From contig NW_026250413.1 in assembly GCF_024521635.1 (NCBI RefSeq), positions 310,001 through 374,000 of the forward strand: a DNA stretch of 64,000 bases, read 5' to 3'. Below, one piece after another: positions 61,991 through 64,000 of the stretch (position 1 is the first letter of the stretch; the number at the start of each line of letters is the position of its first letter). Source of the DNA: Tricharina praecox. Lineage: Eukaryota. The notes below the pieces were generated by a model. The model had not been told where the DNA came from. It saw nothing but the letters and a program-made list of their open reading frames with translations, and searched no databases. The position numbers were made by a program, and so were the translations under genes.

Positions 61991-64000
61991 ATGACGACTC
62001 CTCCGCAGCCTCCTATCCAGAACAGTCGCGGTCGGAAACGCCCAGCCCCGGGAACATCAGCTCCCCTCGTTTCGTCGAATCCCTCAACGAGTGTTCCCAC
62101 CGCGTCGGCGGCCGACATGAACTACTACAGTAGCCTTCCAGCGACATCGATGGGCGGTCCAAACGGTAATCTCTACAATAGTGATCCCGCGACGTCGATA
62201 AGCGCCCAGCAACAGCAGAGCGACATCTACCGACTGCAGAATGCCCAGCAGCAGCAGCAGCAACAGCAGCAACAACAGCAACAACAACAGCAACTTCACC
62301 AGCAACAGCAACAGGGCAACATCTACGACGGCAACAACCAGCTGGCAAGGGTCGCGCGGGGAAACCAGTTGATGCGCGTACCCTCATTCAGCGGCATGAA
62401 CGTTCCTGGGATTCCGCCGCAGATCAGTGGGCTTACGCCACAGATGCCGATGAACATGAACATGATGGGTGCACCAGGTATGATGGGATTGCCCGGCGGC
62501 TTCGAGCAGCCGGTGAGCGCTTCGGAAGCGATAGATAGGGAGCTTTGCGCGAGGATTGAGAGCATGAAGAAGAAGCGCTCCAACATTCCGCCATTTGTGT
62601 TGAAGCTCAGCAGGTATGGTGACCCCGCTCGTCTCCTTTAATATATGGGCGTGTGTGTCGGCGATCACCGGGCGACGTGTGATGTTGCAACACAACGCGC
62701 GCGCATGGGTCTTTATAGTTACGTCGAGAGAAATAATGCGCTGATGAGATGGAACTTTCTAGTTTTGTCAACGACCCAAACTCCGACGATTTGATTCGGT
62801 GGTCGGATTCAGGCAATTCGTTCATGGTGCTGGATGAGGAGGAGTTCTCAAAGAAGCTCATCCCAGACCTTTTCAAGCACAACAATTACGCATCCTTCGT
62901 CCGCCAACTCAACATGTACGGATTCCACAAAGTCGTCGGGCTCGCGGATGGCTCCCTCAAGACTTCCGAGCAGCGTAGCAAACCGCCGAGCGAATACGAG
63001 AATCCGTACTTCAAGAGGGGGCAGCCTGATCTGATGTGGCTTATCCAAAAGCCAAAGAGTAAGAACGCCAGGGCGAAGGGGAAGAAGGGGGTGAAGCAAG
63101 AAGAGCAGGACACTGACAAGGAGGACAATATGAGTGATGCAGGAGGAGAGTCTGGCGATATTGGAGGAGGCTACCTTGAAGGTCCAAAAGATGCGAATGA
63201 GCCTCAGAACCACAGTGGAGGAGGAGGAGGAGGAGGAGGAGGAGCAGGTAGCCGTAACCGGGGCGTTGACTTCAGCGCCCTGTCAGCACAAATCGAAGCT
63301 GTGCGTAGCCATCAGCTCATGATTTCGCAGGCGATAAACCGATTGCGGAAAGATCATCAGCAGCTTTACGAGCAAAGTTTGGCTTTCCAAAGTCTTCATG
63401 ACCGCCACGAGAATTCGATAAACGCAATACTCACTTTCCTTGCGACCGTGTACGACAAGTCGCTGGGAGGACACATCAATGGGGCGGTTAACAACCTCTT
63501 CTCCCATCAGGTGGACCAGGGTCAAGGTCTACATCGTGGTCCACCGGGCTCATCCGTGGGCCCTACTCCGACTGGTGCGATAATCCCCACAGCTCCGACC
63601 GGTGTGCGGCCAGCGGTTATGCGAACTCCTCAGATGGCGAGACGGAAACCTCTATTGCTCGAAGGCGGCCCTACGTTTTCCGGCGACTCATCACCCATGA
63701 ATGGACGGAATCCCGGAAGTCCCATACACAAGGGTAACGGAGGATCCCCCCAGGTCACGCATCAGCATCAGCATCAGCACCAGCATCAGCAAAACAACTA
63801 TCAGCAGTACCAGCAGAACACGCCCATCACGGAACTGTTCACGCCAGTCAGCGGTAATGTGACGTCACCAGCTGATTCTCCCCAGCAACACGCCGATCAG
63901 CACTTGGGAGTCAACCTACCGAATACCGGAGGATTGTACTCTCAGCCCACCACGCCTACGCCGCAATCCAACTACGCGTCTCCCAACGTACAGACGCCCC
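61991..64000 (+). CDS. HSF1: Heat shock transcription factor, truncated by the window end; intron 62614-62762; polyQ tract near 62246-62315
   Basis: IPPFVLKLSSFVND...LIRWSDSGNSF...LFKHNNYASFVRQLNMYGFHK HSF DNA-binding domain, followed by a heptad region (HDRHENSINAILTFLATVY). Confidence 0.92.

Overview
Eukaryotic DNA from a filamentous ascomycete (GT-AG introns with CTRAC/CTAAT branch sites, fungal-type orthologues). Conserved genes: NADH glutamate synthase (GLT1), an ACBP-domain membrane protein, a LicD/Mnn4-like protein, nmrA, an F-box/LRR-like protein, RAD14/XPA, striatin and a heat-shock factor running off the window end. An accessory block lies at about 12-28 kb. It holds a TA-flanked MITE, a SesB-like hydrolase-ankyrin gene with both predicted catalytic residues changed to Asn, and a degenerate pogo/Fot1 transposase. 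The main find is a ~9 kb head-to-tail array (about 18.9-28.3 kb) of four diverged copies of a small minus-strand scaffold (promoter-like module, short exon, conserved intron, 3'-end module). Each copy carries different fragments of host genes: phosphofructokinase with its intron, a LON-domain protein, transaldolase, NAD-glutamate dehydrogenase and several unidentified pieces. All recognisable fragments are in sense orientation to the scaffold. A 5'-truncated LINE with target-site duplication and a nuclease-fold gene lacking its catalytic Lys lie at 36-39 kb. All homology calls come from recalled family motifs and hand translation, not database searches; array module boundaries are approximate.
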